From assembly GCA_964514965.1 (NCBI GenBank), contig CAZETV010000001.1, forward strand, positions 240,001 to 272,000: a DNA stretch of 32,000 nucleotides, read 5' to 3'. Position numbers and translations under genes: made by a program. The stretch is from Candidatus Hadarchaeota archaeon. GTDB taxonomy: Archaea > Hadarchaeota > Hadarchaeia > Hadarchaeales > Hadarchaeaceae. Positions 7,187 to 15,393 of this stretch are shown here, one piece after another. Position 1 is the stretch's first letter. Each line of letters opens with the position of its first letter. Below the pieces are notes generated by a model. The model worked only from the letters and a program-made list of their open reading frames with translations. It did no database searches and was not told the DNA's origin.

Positions 7187-8026
7187 CTATGTGTTAAATT
7201 TATGCCCTAATTTTTCGAAGACCCGCTTCATTTCGAGCGAGTCCTGTTCTAAAATCGGTGATTCGGAAATTAAAGTAATGTTAACTTTTCGCTTGCGAAT
7301 CCCGCGCGCGAGCGGTTCGAAGGGTGGCTTGTTTACTTTGAATTCGAGGTGGCGTCGTTCGTTGCCTTCCCACGGCGCCTTGGCGGGCGCCCATTCTATA
7401 CTCGTGAAATGTGTATGCAAGTGCTTCAACTTCAGCGGCTTCAACTTTTCGAATATCCAATCGTAGTTTATTCTGCCAGCTTGGCGCGCGTAAATGTGCG
7501 CAAAGTCGACTACGGGTGTGCAACCCTTCAGCTTCTTACAAAGCTTGACTATTTCATCAAGCCTGCCGAACTGACTGACTTTGCCTGTGGTCTCCAATCC
7601 GAGTCGAACTCCCTTTATCTCATTTACGCGCATTCGATCTATTATATTTCGACAAGCGTTCTCCACAGCTTTGAATGCTGCGTCATGCGATAAGAGACCA
7701 TAAAAGCCTGGATGAAAAACCACGACATCAGCTCCCATGTGGAAGGCCCGCTCCGCCGAATCGAGAATGCGTCTCTTTGAAGCTTCGAGTTTTACAGATT
7801 CTTGCGAACAGAGGTTAATAAAATACGGACAGTGCACCGATAAACGCACACCTACTTCCTTCGCGACCCTCCCCACTTTATCCGCCATCTCGTTACTCAT
7901 CCCCACATGCCTAACGAATTCAACCTCAAACGCTGTAAGTTTAAGCTCGGCCACGCATTTTATGCCTCCTATTGTCGTCCTCTCCTTGCTCACTATCGGT
8001 ATGCCTGCGGGACCAAGGTATATCAT
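7187..8026 (-). CDS. nfo: Endonuclease IV (AP endonuclease family 2, TIM barrel)
   Basis: SVHCPYFINLCSQESVKLEASKRRILDSAERAFHMGADVVVFHPGFY aligns with E. coli Nfo PHDSYLINLG...SRDAF...LLNFHPGSH (from memory). The track ORF extends to TTG 8059. I prefer ATG 8026 (MIYLGPAGIP), which is preceded by GGGAG. Confidence 0.8.
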   Translation of the reverse strand: MIYLGPAGIPIVSKERTTIGGIKCVAELKLTAFEVEFVRHVGMSNEMADKVGRVAKEVGVRLSVHCPYFINLCSQESVKLEASKRRILDSAERAFHMGADVVVFHPGFYGLLSHDAAFKAVENACRNIIDRMRVNEIKGVRLGLETTGKVSQFGRLDEIVKLCKKLKGCTPVVDFAHIYARQAGRINYDWIFEKLKPLKLKHLHTHFTSIEWAPAKAPWEGNERRHLEFKVNKPPFEPLARGIRKRKVNITLISESPILEQDSLEMKRVFEKLGHKFNT

Positions 8027-8085
8027 GTGCTCCCAAAAAACACTTATGACAGTGGACAAAAATCCTTTGTGCTGGAGGCGTGGCC

Positions 8086-8676
8086 GTGCTGAGTCGAATT
8101 CGAAATCGAGTAAATCATTTGATCGCGCCTATAGCTAAAGCCTTCGCACGAACGGGCCTCACGCCGAACGTCTTTACTTTAATCGGGTTGGCGGCGGGTG
8201 TTGTTGCGGCTTTTCTTTTTGCTTACGGGCTGCAACCTTGGGCCGGGATCACCCTCCTCATCTGTGGGTTTTTTGATCTCATCGATGGGGCGATTGCTAG
8301 AGTAATCGATAGAGAAACAGCGTTCGGGGGAGTGCTCGATTCAGTAGTCGATCGGTATGTAGATTTCTTAATTTTTGCGGGCATTATTTACGCGTTTATC
8401 AACGGCCCGCTTGCTGAAGTGGGTTTTCTGCCTGGTTGGGTGTGGGGAATTCTAGCCATCTTTGGGAGCTTAATGGTCAGCTACACCCGCGCTAGGGCAG
8501 AGTCAGCTGGCTCGGGCAAGCTCGATGTGGGAATAGCCGAACGGGGGGAGCGGATTATCATCCTAGCCATCGGGGCATTGATTGGATACACACAATACGC
8601 AGTGGTTCTAATAGTGATTCTGACCCACCTCACCGTGGCTCAGAGGTTATTTACTGCAAAAATGCGATTTTCTTAA
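8086..8676 (+). CDS. CDP-alcohol phosphatidyltransferase, probably archaetidylinositol-phosphate synthase
   Basis: The exact family signature D-x2-D-G-x2-A-R-x8-G-x3-D-x3-D is present in DLIDGAIARVIDRETAFGGVLDSVVD. The protein has about 6 TM helices and is about 197 aa. It lies 0.8 kb from the myo-inositol-1-phosphate synthase gene. GTG 8086 has GGAGG 7 nt upstream. The track start is GTG 8080. Confidence 0.8.
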   Translation: MLSRIRNRVNHLIAPIAKAFARTGLTPNVFTLIGLAAGVVAAFLFAYGLQPWAGITLLICGFFDLIDGAIARVIDRETAFGGVLDSVVDRYVDFLIFAGIIYAFINGPLAEVGFLPGWVWGILAIFGSLMVSYTRARAESAGSGKLDVGIAERGERIIILAIGALIGYTQYAVVLIVILTHLTVAQRLFTAKMRFS

Positions 8677-8681
8677 TATTT

Positions 8682-8981
8682 TCAGGAAAATTTCGAGTAA
8701 AGTTCCTTCAAGTATTTTTTGCCTTCCCCCAGCAACCTCTCGCCTTTCTTTGTTATTCTGTAGTATTTGCGTGCAGGCTTCCCTCGCTGCTCGCGCCACT
8801 CTTTCGCCACATAGCCCTCGCGCTGGAGATGGTAGAGCACAATGTACGAGGTGACGGTAGGTGGTTTCCACCCGAATTGCTTCTTAGTCTCCTGTCGCAG
8901 CTCGTACCCATACATCGGACGTTTTTTCAACAACTCCAAGAAGTAAGGCCAGACCATTTCAGTAGTTGTCTTTTTCTTCAT
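8682..8981 (-). CDS. PadR-family winged-helix transcriptional regulator
   Basis: LLKKRPMYGYELRQ ... SYIVLYHLQREGYV ... RKYYRITKKGERLL is the classic PadR pattern. ATG 8981 gives the normal N-terminal length. The track ORF starts at GTG 9008. Confidence 0.85.
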   Translation of the reverse strand: MKKKTTTEMVWPYFLELLKKRPMYGYELRQETKKQFGWKPPTVTSYIVLYHLQREGYVAKEWREQRGKPARKYYRITKKGERLLGEGKKYLKELYSKFS

Positions 8982-9067
8982 TCTCCCTATAGCCAAGGAA
9001 AACCCCACTTCATTTCAGTCGGAAAGCTTAAATAGTAAATTCCCTGAGATATTTCCCAGGTTGAAAT

Positions 9068-9448
9068 ATGGTTGTAACAACAATACGGTGCCAAAGCTGT
9101 GGATACGAGTGGAGACCTAGAAGGAAAAGCAAGAGATGCCCCTCTTGTCTCCGCATGCTGGGAGAAACGAAAACCCGCAAGCGGGAGCGGGCGGCTGCAA
9201 AACTGGCGGAACTGCTCGCTTTTCACGGTTGGAAAGTTGAACCTAGCGGCGCGAAGAAGGCGATTGACATACAAGCTGGAAAAGATGGAAAAAAACTCTT
9301 CATAGATGTTAAGGCGGGCCGCAATTACTTTATCCGGAGTTCGCAGCTGAAAAACTTGCTTGACTATTGTGGCAAGACAAAAGATGTAGGTTTCGCATGC
9401 GAGATGGACGGAAAATTTTATCTTCTCATGTTAAAAGAAATTCTCTAA
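9068..9448 (+). CDS. Zinc-ribbon fused to an Hjc-like PD-(D/E)XK nuclease core (candidate Holliday-junction resolvase variant)
   Basis: The protein is 126 aa. The N-terminus CQSCG...CPSC is a Cys4 ribbon. The remainder reads AAKLAELLAFHGWKVEPSGAKKAIDIQAGKDGKKLFIDVKAGRNYFIRSSQLKNLLDYCGKTKDVGFACEMDGKFYLL. It aligns along its length with Pyrococcus Hjc ([41 protein letters not shown]..., from memory), including the D...(D/E)-x-K positions. Confidence 0.6.
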   Translation: MVVTTIRCQSCGYEWRPRRKSKRCPSCLRMLGETKTRKRERAAAKLAELLAFHGWKVEPSGAKKAIDIQAGKDGKKLFIDVKAGRNYFIRSSQLKNLLDYCGKTKDVGFACEMDGKFYLLMLKEIL

Positions 9449-9478
9449 ACCTCAGAGGAATCGAACTACGAAGTGGTT

Positions 9479-10555
9479 ATGATGTCTAAAATCAAAGTGG
9501 CAATCGTGGGTGCGGGCAACTGTGCGTCGTCCTTGGTGCAAGGTATTGAGTACTATAAGAATGCGCGCGAGAATCAGTTCGTCCCAGGTCTTATGCATGT
9601 AGACTTCGGTGGCTACCACATCCGAGATATCGAGTTCGTGGCGGCCTTTGATGTTGACGCAAACAAGGTGGGAAAGGACTTGGCAGAGGCTATCTTTACG
9701 CCCCCCAACTGCACAATCAAATTCAGCGATGTCCCGGAGCTGGGGGTTGAGGTCACAAAAGGTCCGGTGCTAGATGGCCTCGGCAGATATCTGAAGCCTG
9801 TAGTCCCAGTAGACCCAACACAGAAGCCCGTCGAGGTCGCAAAGATACTAGAAGACGCTGGCGCTGATATTCTAATCAGCTACCTGCCAGTGGGAAGTTA
9901 TGAGGCTTCGCGTTATTATGCCCAACAAGCGATTAAAACAGGAATCGGATACATAAATTGCATCCCCGAGTTTTTAGTATCGAGTAAAGAGTGGGGCAAA
10001 CGGTTTGAAGACGCCAAGTTACCTTGCGCAGGCGACGATATCAAATCTCAAGTTGGAGCGACAATTCTGCACCGTATGCTCGCGAGATTGCTAATCGACC
10101 GCGGGGTTAAGCTGGAGGAAAGCTACCAACTGAACATCGGCGGAAATTGCGATTTTTTGAACATGCTTGAAGAGGAGCGCCTGAGTTCTAAACGCGTGAG
10201 CAAGACAGAGGCCGTTTCAAGCCAAGTGCCCTATGAAGTGCCGCTTAGGATCGGTCCCAGCGATTACGTTCCATTCCTCAAAGACAATAAAGTTTGTTAC
10301 ATCCACATGCGGGGACGAAAGTTTGGGGATATACCACTTTCCATAGACGTGAAACTCTCTGTCGAGGACTCTCCGAATAGCGCTGGTGTAGTTATCGACG
10401 CCATCCGTGCAGTGAAGCTTGCGCTTGACCGTGGTATAGGCGGGCCACTTATCGGCGTTTCAGCTTACTTTTTTAAACATCCACCAGTTCAAATGGCAGA
10501 TACTGAAGCGAAAAAAGCGGTCGAAGACTTCATCACTGGTGAAAGGGAGAGATGA
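9479..10555 (+). CDS. ino1: myo-Inositol-1-phosphate synthase (archaeal/bacterial short type)
   Basis: The protein has a [24 protein letters not shown] Rossmann N-terminus and is about 359 aa, typical of the short MIPS family. GTG 9473 and ATG 9482 are alternative starts. Confidence 0.9.
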   Translation: MMSKIKVAIVGAGNCASSLVQGIEYYKNARENQFVPGLMHVDFGGYHIRDIEFVAAFDVDANKVGKDLAEAIFTPPNCTIKFSDVPELGVEVTKGPVLDGLGRYLKPVVPVDPTQKPVEVAKILEDAGADILISYLPVGSYEASRYYAQQAIKTGIGYINCIPEFLVSSKEWGKRFEDAKLPCAGDDIKSQVGATILHRMLARLLIDRGVKLEESYQLNIGGNCDFLNMLEEERLSSKRVSKTEAVSSQVPYEVPLRIGPSDYVPFLKDNKVCYIHMRGRKFGDIPLSIDVKLSVEDSPNSAGVVIDAIRAVKLALDRGIGGPLIGVSAYFFKHPPVQMADTEAKKAVEDFITGERER

Positions 10556-11463
10556 TGAGAAATCTTGAATTTGATGTCGTCGTGGTTGGGCACGTTGCAA
10601 TTGATATAAACGTGCTGCCATGGGGTGTCATCGAGAATGCACTCGGTGGTGCCCCTAGTTATGCTGGGCTAGCGTTTGTTGCATTGAAAAAAAGCGTCGG
10701 CGTTATTTCAAAAGTTGGAGTTGATTTTTTGGAAAAGTTTCCACCGATATACAGCAAGTTTGGTCTCGGCACCGAAGGCATTTTAGTTGGTGGAGAATAC
10801 ACGACTACATTCGAAAACACTTACGATGAAGCAGGCAATCGTACACAAGTTTGCAAACATGTCGCGCCGAAGATTTTACCAGATGATATCCCCGCGGCGT
10901 ATGAGAACGCTCACAGTTTTTACGTTTCACCAATAGCTGGCGAGATAACGCCTGAATTACTCAAGGCGCTCAAACGCGAAACGAATTTAGTCATGCTCGA
11001 CCCCCAGGGGATTTTCAGACGAGTAAACGAGAAGGGAAAAGTGGAGATTGCACCTCGAGATGACTTAGCAGATTTTTTGAAATACGTCGATGTTATAAAA
11101 ATAGGAAAAGAAGAAGCCAAAGCGTTGCGAGGCGAGGCCAAAGAAGTTTTGAAAGAGCTGCGCAAGATGGGGCCTAAAATCGCCATCCTGACAAAAGCTG
11201 AAAAGGGCTATGCTGTACTTTCGGATGAAGGGTTCGAAGAGGTCGACGCCATAAAAGTCGATGCGAAAGACTTAACAGGCGCGGGTGATGTTTTTGGGGC
11301 TGCTTTTTTGGCGAAGTATTTGCAGACGCACGGAGTTTCCGAATCGGCGAAATTTGCAAACGCGGCCGCTGGTCTAAAAATAAGATACAAGGGGCCCACT
11401 GGTTTCCCCTCCGAGAAAGAGGTTCTAGAATCTTTCAGTAAGTTCGGGCAATTAGCACGTTAG
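10552..11463 (+). CDS. PfkB/ribokinase-family sugar kinase (candidate myo-inositol kinase by context)
   Basis: [20 protein letters not shown] and the PfkB signature [11 protein letters not shown] are present. The ATG overlaps the MIPS stop (ATGA), which implies translational coupling. Confidence 0.85.
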   Translation: MMRNLEFDVVVVGHVAIDINVLPWGVIENALGGAPSYAGLAFVALKKSVGVISKVGVDFLEKFPPIYSKFGLGTEGILVGGEYTTTFENTYDEAGNRTQVCKHVAPKILPDDIPAAYENAHSFYVSPIAGEITPELLKALKRETNLVMLDPQGIFRRVNEKGKVEIAPRDDLADFLKYVDVIKIGKEEAKALRGEAKEVLKELRKMGPKIAILTKAEKGYAVLSDEGFEEVDAIKVDAKDLTGAGDVFGAAFLAKYLQTHGVSESAKFANAAAGLKIRYKGPTGFPSEKEVLESFSKFGQLAR

Positions 11464-12874
11464 CTTTTGCCCTTTTTGAGCAAATTGGGCAAACTCCAGC
11501 TGGGGCTTCACCATCTAATTCCTCTCCGAGCAAATCCCCACCCGTTTGTTCCTCAAGTGCCTTTCCGCACGCCTCTCCCCCACACCAAGGCACGCGAGCT
11601 ATCCCCCCGCGTTTTTCCATCATCTGCTTTACCGTTTTCACATCGGAAGTACTCTTCACAGATTCTTGAAAGAAACTCCACGCTCGTTTGTGGAGGTCGT
11701 TGGTAATCTCCTCGAGCAATTGCTTAACTTTGGTCTTAAGTATCTCCCTCGAAATCGCCTGCTTTTCGCCCGTGTCGCGCCTGACCGCAATCACCTGCTT
11801 CTTCCCCACATCTTTGGGCCCTATCTCGAGCCTCAGCGGCACGCCACGGCGTTCCCAGTAATAAAATTTGTTACCGGGACGGAGGTCGCGCTCATCGAGA
11901 TGAACTCTCACACCAGCCGCCGCGAGTTCATTTTTGATTTCGATTGCAATCTGCTCAACTGGCGTTTCCTTATCCTTGTAAGGGATCGGCACAATCACAA
12001 CCTGAATTTTTGTGATATCAGGGGGCAAACACAGGCCAATGTCATCACCGTGTGCCATTATCACCGCAGCTATCACTCGCTCGGAAATTCCATAGCACGT
12101 TTGATAAACATGATGATGCTCCCCGCTGGGTGTTTCGTATTTGAGATCATACACCTTCGCGAAGTTCTGCCCGAGGTTGTGGACCGTACCCACCTGTAGC
12201 GCCCGTCCATCTGGGGCCAAAGTGTCGAATGCGATTGAGTATTCGGCACCAGCGAACGTATCCCACGGTGGACGCTTGGTCACAACATAGGGCACGCCAA
12301 GTTCATCGAAGAAGCGCTTGTAAAGTTGCACCGCTTCCTGCACTTGCGCCTCTGCCTCTTCGCGCTTGGCGTGTACAGTGTGGGCCTCCTTGAAAGTTGT
12401 CACCTCTCGCAAGCGAATCATCGGTTTGGTCATTTTCGTCTCATAGCGGAAGATATTGACGATTTGGTAAATTTTGATCGGGAGATCGGCATGAGAACGA
12501 ATCCAGAGCGCGAACATTGGATAAATTGAGGTTTCGCTCGTAGGACGAAGTGCGAGCTTGACATCAAGCTTGTCTAGTCCGCCGTGAGTTACCCAGTAGA
12601 CCTCGTTTTCAAATCCTCGAATGTGTTTCGCTTCTTTTTTGAAGAGGTTCTCGGGGATTAAAAGGGGGAAGAGCACTTCCTGGTGCCCAGCTTGCTCCAG
12701 TAACTCGCGAATTATCGCAAATATGTGATTACGTAATTGCAACCCGTTGGGGAGCCAAACATAAAGTCCTTTGACGGGGTAACGGGTCTCCACTATGTCG
12801 GCGCTACGCAGAATGCCATTGAACCACTCGCTAAATTTCTTTTGCCAAAGGTCGCGTTTCGCCACTTGCACCAC
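11435..12874 (-). CDS. proS: Proline--tRNA ligase (archaeal/eukaryote-like type)
   Basis: The protein is 479 aa. FSEWFNGILRSADIVETRYPVKGLYVWLPNG, class II motifs and a C-terminal zinc-binding tail (CGGEACG...CPIC) are present. The GTG start region is preceded by AAGGTGGTG. Confidence 0.95.
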   Translation of the reverse strand: MVQVAKRDLWQKKFSEWFNGILRSADIVETRYPVKGLYVWLPNGLQLRNHIFAIIRELLEQAGHQEVLFPLLIPENLFKKEAKHIRGFENEVYWVTHGGLDKLDVKLALRPTSETSIYPMFALWIRSHADLPIKIYQIVNIFRYETKMTKPMIRLREVTTFKEAHTVHAKREEAEAQVQEAVQLYKRFFDELGVPYVVTKRPPWDTFAGAEYSIAFDTLAPDGRALQVGTVHNLGQNFAKVYDLKYETPSGEHHHVYQTCYGISERVIAAVIMAHGDDIGLCLPPDITKIQVVIVPIPYKDKETPVEQIAIEIKNELAAAGVRVHLDERDLRPGNKFYYWERRGVPLRLEIGPKDVGKKQVIAVRRDTGEKQAISREILKTKVKQLLEEITNDLHKRAWSFFQESVKSTSDVKTVKQMMEKRGGIARVPWCGGEACGKALEEQTGGDLLGEELDGEAPAGVCPICSKRAKANVLIARTY

Positions 12875-12940
12875 CTTGGGATAATCGCCAATTTAATTTA
12901 AGTAATTATCCGAAACGCTGCTAAAAGAGCAATTTGTGTT

Positions 12941-13013
12941 GGCGACGGTTAGTATGAGCTGATCCTCCGAAACGTTAGCCAACGTCTGTCCGAGCTAGCT
13001 GCCCTCCGCCGCC
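12941..13013 (-). other. Candidate structured RNA element (GC-rich 73-nt irregular hairpin followed by ACA)
   Basis: An 8-bp closing helix GGCGGCGG/CCGUCGCC encloses an inner 12-bp hairpin (12965..12994, loop GGCU). Both contain a G-U on the minus strand that becomes an A-C mismatch on the plus strand. See findings. Confidence 0.25.
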
Positions 13014-13040
13014 GTGATAACTATTTTCTCGTCTATACTC

Positions 13041-13046
13041 AAAAAA
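13041..13046 (-). terminator. Oligo-T (T6) about 11 nt after the M24 peptidase stop
   Basis: The minus-strand read is TGAgatgagatagTTTTTTgag. Confidence 0.35.
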
Positions 13047-13056
13047 CTATCTCATC

Positions 13057-14124
13057 TCATGCTGTGAGCAGCTTTCGACCATCTTTTTTTACTAACAACA
13101 TGTCCTCCCAACGTGCCCCGCCAACATCTGGGACATAGACGCCCGGTTCTACGGTGATAATCATCCCTTCGCGCAAGATATCTTTCGAGTTCGGAGCAAG
13201 GCTCGGAGGCTCATGAATTTCCATCCCGACACCATGCCCTATACCGTGCGGGGAGAATTTGGCATAGCCGGCACGCGAGATGATTCCACGCGCGGCTTTA
13301 TCCACATAACTGGTTTCAACATCGCTACGAACACGGTTAATCGCTGCGTTTTGAGCTTGTCTGACTAACTTAATCAACGTGAGCTGTTTTTTTGTCGGCG
13401 AAAGCGTAAAAGTTCGTGTCATGTCTGAGGCGTAACCCTTGTAAATGGCGCCTAGATCGACGACGACAAGCTCCCTCCGTCGAAAGCTTTTTCCAGTCAC
13501 GCTAGCGTGGGGCAACCAAGAATTTCTGCCAGAAGCGACGATCGTTGGAAATGATGTTCCTTCAGACCCGGCCACCCGCATCTCGTGCTCCACCTCCGCA
13601 GCAACCTCTAACTCTGTTCGTCCAACCGCAATCGCTTCCGCGGCGCAGCGCATACCTATCGTAGCTATTTTCGCGGATTTCCGCAGTAAGGATACTTCTT
13701 CTCTTGATTTGATTTTACGAAGTTCGAGTATGAGTTCGGGTAGCTCATGGTAGTTTGCCGTATAAGCAGCCCGCAACTTTCGCATAAACTCCCGTCCCAC
13801 ATGATCGTAGCCCACGGCTTGAGCACCTAACTCTTGCATGCAATTATCGATAAGCTGCCAAGGTTTACAAAAACTTACCCGCTCTCCACGGCGCAGAGGG
13901 GCTTTCCAACTAGAGAAAGCTCGAACGTCGCGAATCCAACTCTCCCTCTTGGCTTGGTCAAACTCGAGCCTGCTACATATGAGCAAGGGAGGCTCATCGG
14001 TGGGAACTATCACCGCCTTTGCCGCAGTAGTGTCCGCCAAGTAGCGAGTGTTCTGAATCGCTAAAAAAGCGTCCAGCCCACGTTTAATGAGTTCATCCTT
14101 CAATTTTTTGATATGCTTTTTCAA
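13057..14124 (-). CDS. M24-family Xaa-Pro peptidase (prolidase/aminopeptidase P-like)
   Basis: A creatinase-like N-domain is followed by the pita-bread domain. Metal-ligand motifs are VVDLGAIYKGYASDMTRT, HGIGHGVGMEIHEPP, ITVEPGVY and WEDMLLV. Confidence 0.85.
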   Translation of the reverse strand: MKKHIKKLKDELIKRGLDAFLAIQNTRYLADTTAAKAVIVPTDEPPLLICSRLEFDQAKRESWIRDVRAFSSWKAPLRRGERVSFCKPWQLIDNCMQELGAQAVGYDHVGREFMRKLRAAYTANYHELPELILELRKIKSREEVSLLRKSAKIATIGMRCAAEAIAVGRTELEVAAEVEHEMRVAGSEGTSFPTIVASGRNSWLPHASVTGKSFRRRELVVVDLGAIYKGYASDMTRTFTLSPTKKQLTLIKLVRQAQNAAINRVRSDVETSYVDKAARGIISRAGYAKFSPHGIGHGVGMEIHEPPSLAPNSKDILREGMIITVEPGVYVPDVGGARWEDMLLVKKDGRKLLTA

Positions 14125-14171
14125 ATACTAACCCGATCAAGCTTTAGGAGGCTAGGTAAAAATGTTCTCCG

Positions 14172-14702
14172 ATGGTCACTCACAAACTCGAGTTGAAACG
14201 ACGTTACGGCGAAACAGCATTCATGTACGAACAACGTTACGAGCAAATCCAACGCGAGAAGTACGAAATCGTCACCAAGAATCTTTCTCAGGTTAGTAAA
14301 GTTCTTGATTTGGGTTGCGGCACGGGCATGCTCTTAAGCGAACTCGCGCGGCGAAGCGAGTTCGTGGTTGGCATAGATTCATCGCCTGAGATGCTAGAGC
14401 TGGCGAGGAAACGGAAAGGTAGCGCGGTGCTCGTGCTCGCGGACGCCGATTACTTGCCATTCGCCGACAGCAGCTTTGATGCGGTGGTCTCGGTAACCAT
14501 GCTCCAAAACATGCCCCATCCAGCTGCTACGTTACGAGAGGTCGCACGAGTGACAAAGCCCGGAGGGATTGTGATCATTACTACCCTCAAGCACAAACAC
14601 TCTATGGACGAGCTTGAACGTTGTGTTCAGGCTGCTGGTTTCAAGCTGCTCGATTCGGGTGAAGTTGGCGAAGAAGATGTTTTCTGTATCGCAAGACGAT
14701 AG
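14172..14702 (+). CDS. Class I SAM-dependent methyltransferase (Methyltransf_11-like)
   Basis: Motif I is VLDLGCGTGML, with an acidic post-I residue (GIDSS). LADADYLPF is also present. The substrate cannot be inferred. Confidence 0.85.
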   Translation: MVTHKLELKRRYGETAFMYEQRYEQIQREKYEIVTKNLSQVSKVLDLGCGTGMLLSELARRSEFVVGIDSSPEMLELARKRKGSAVLVLADADYLPFADSSFDAVVSVTMLQNMPHPAATLREVARVTKPGGIVIITTLKHKHSMDELERCVQAAGFKLLDSGEVGEEDVFCIARR

Positions 14703-14808
14703 CTGAAAAGTACCTTAATTTAAAATTTTACCTTCTATGCAATTTGGTAGCGCCTCTTCCTTTACCCTCCAATTGCGAAATCAAACCTGTGCTCGAGGTT
14801 CATGACCC

Positions 14809-14835
14809 AAGTTTTTATGCTTTTGACATAAACTT
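14809..14835 (+). promoter_or_regulatory. Imperfect inverted repeat AAGTTTTTATG-N7-CATAAACTT overlapping a TATA-like TTTTTATG just upstream of pncA
   Basis: Read directly from the sequence. It lies 15-40 nt upstream of the TTG start at 14850 and its GAGGGAG SD. Confidence 0.25.
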
Positions 14836-14849
14836 TATCGAGGGAGCAG

Positions 14850-15392
14850 TTGAAGCTAGCAATCATCGTAATCGACATGCTCAACGATTTTGTCGGGGGG
14901 AAGTTGGGATTCGAACGAGCAAAGGCAATAGTTCCAAACATCAAAAGATTGCTCGATTTCGCCCATGAACGAGGCATTCAAGTAATCTATATCTGCGACG
15001 CCCACACACCAGAGGACCACGAACTCAAACTATGGGGAGAGCACGCGATGGCTGGGAGCGAGGGGGCGCAAGTGGTGCCTGAACTCAAGCCCACGAAAAA
15101 TGATAGCATTCTGGAAAAGAGCACTTACGATATCTTCTTTAATACCGACATGGATGAGATGCTTCGCGGGATGGGCGTGAACAGGCTCGTGCTAACAGGT
15201 GTGGTAACGGAAATCTGCGTACAAAACTCTGCAGGAGGAGGATTCCTCCGAGGTTATGAGGTAACGGTGCTCGAGGATTGTGTGGCCTCGCCAGACGAAA
15301 GTCTCCAACACGCCTCGCTCGAGTACATGAAGCGCGTTTACGGCGTGAATGTAACCAATTCGAGTGAACTTATTAAAAGTATGGGGGGATGA
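14850..15392 (+). CDS. pncA: Nicotinamidase / isochorismatase-family hydrolase
   Basis: IVIDMLNDF, a metal-site-like CDAHTPEDHE and catalytic Cys context LTGVVTEICV are present. It lies directly upstream of NAPRT. The TTG start is preceded by GAGGGAG. Confidence 0.75.
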   Translation: MKLAIIVIDMLNDFVGGKLGFERAKAIVPNIKRLLDFAHERGIQVIYICDAHTPEDHELKLWGEHAMAGSEGAQVVPELKPTKNDSILEKSTYDIFFNTDMDEMLRGMGVNRLVLTGVVTEICVQNSAGGGFLRGYEVTVLEDCVASPDESLQHASLEYMKRVYGVNVTNSSELIKSMGG

Positions 15393-15393
15393 G

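Noticed and set aside
12941-13013. tRNA or C/D-box interpretation of the 73-nt GC-rich element
   Set aside because: It has a 7-8 bp acceptor-like stem and tRNA-like length. However, there is no T-loop (GTTCRANNC), no D-arm and no cloverleaf, and no C or D boxes. It is kept only as an uncharacterised, possibly H/ACA-like, structure in findings.
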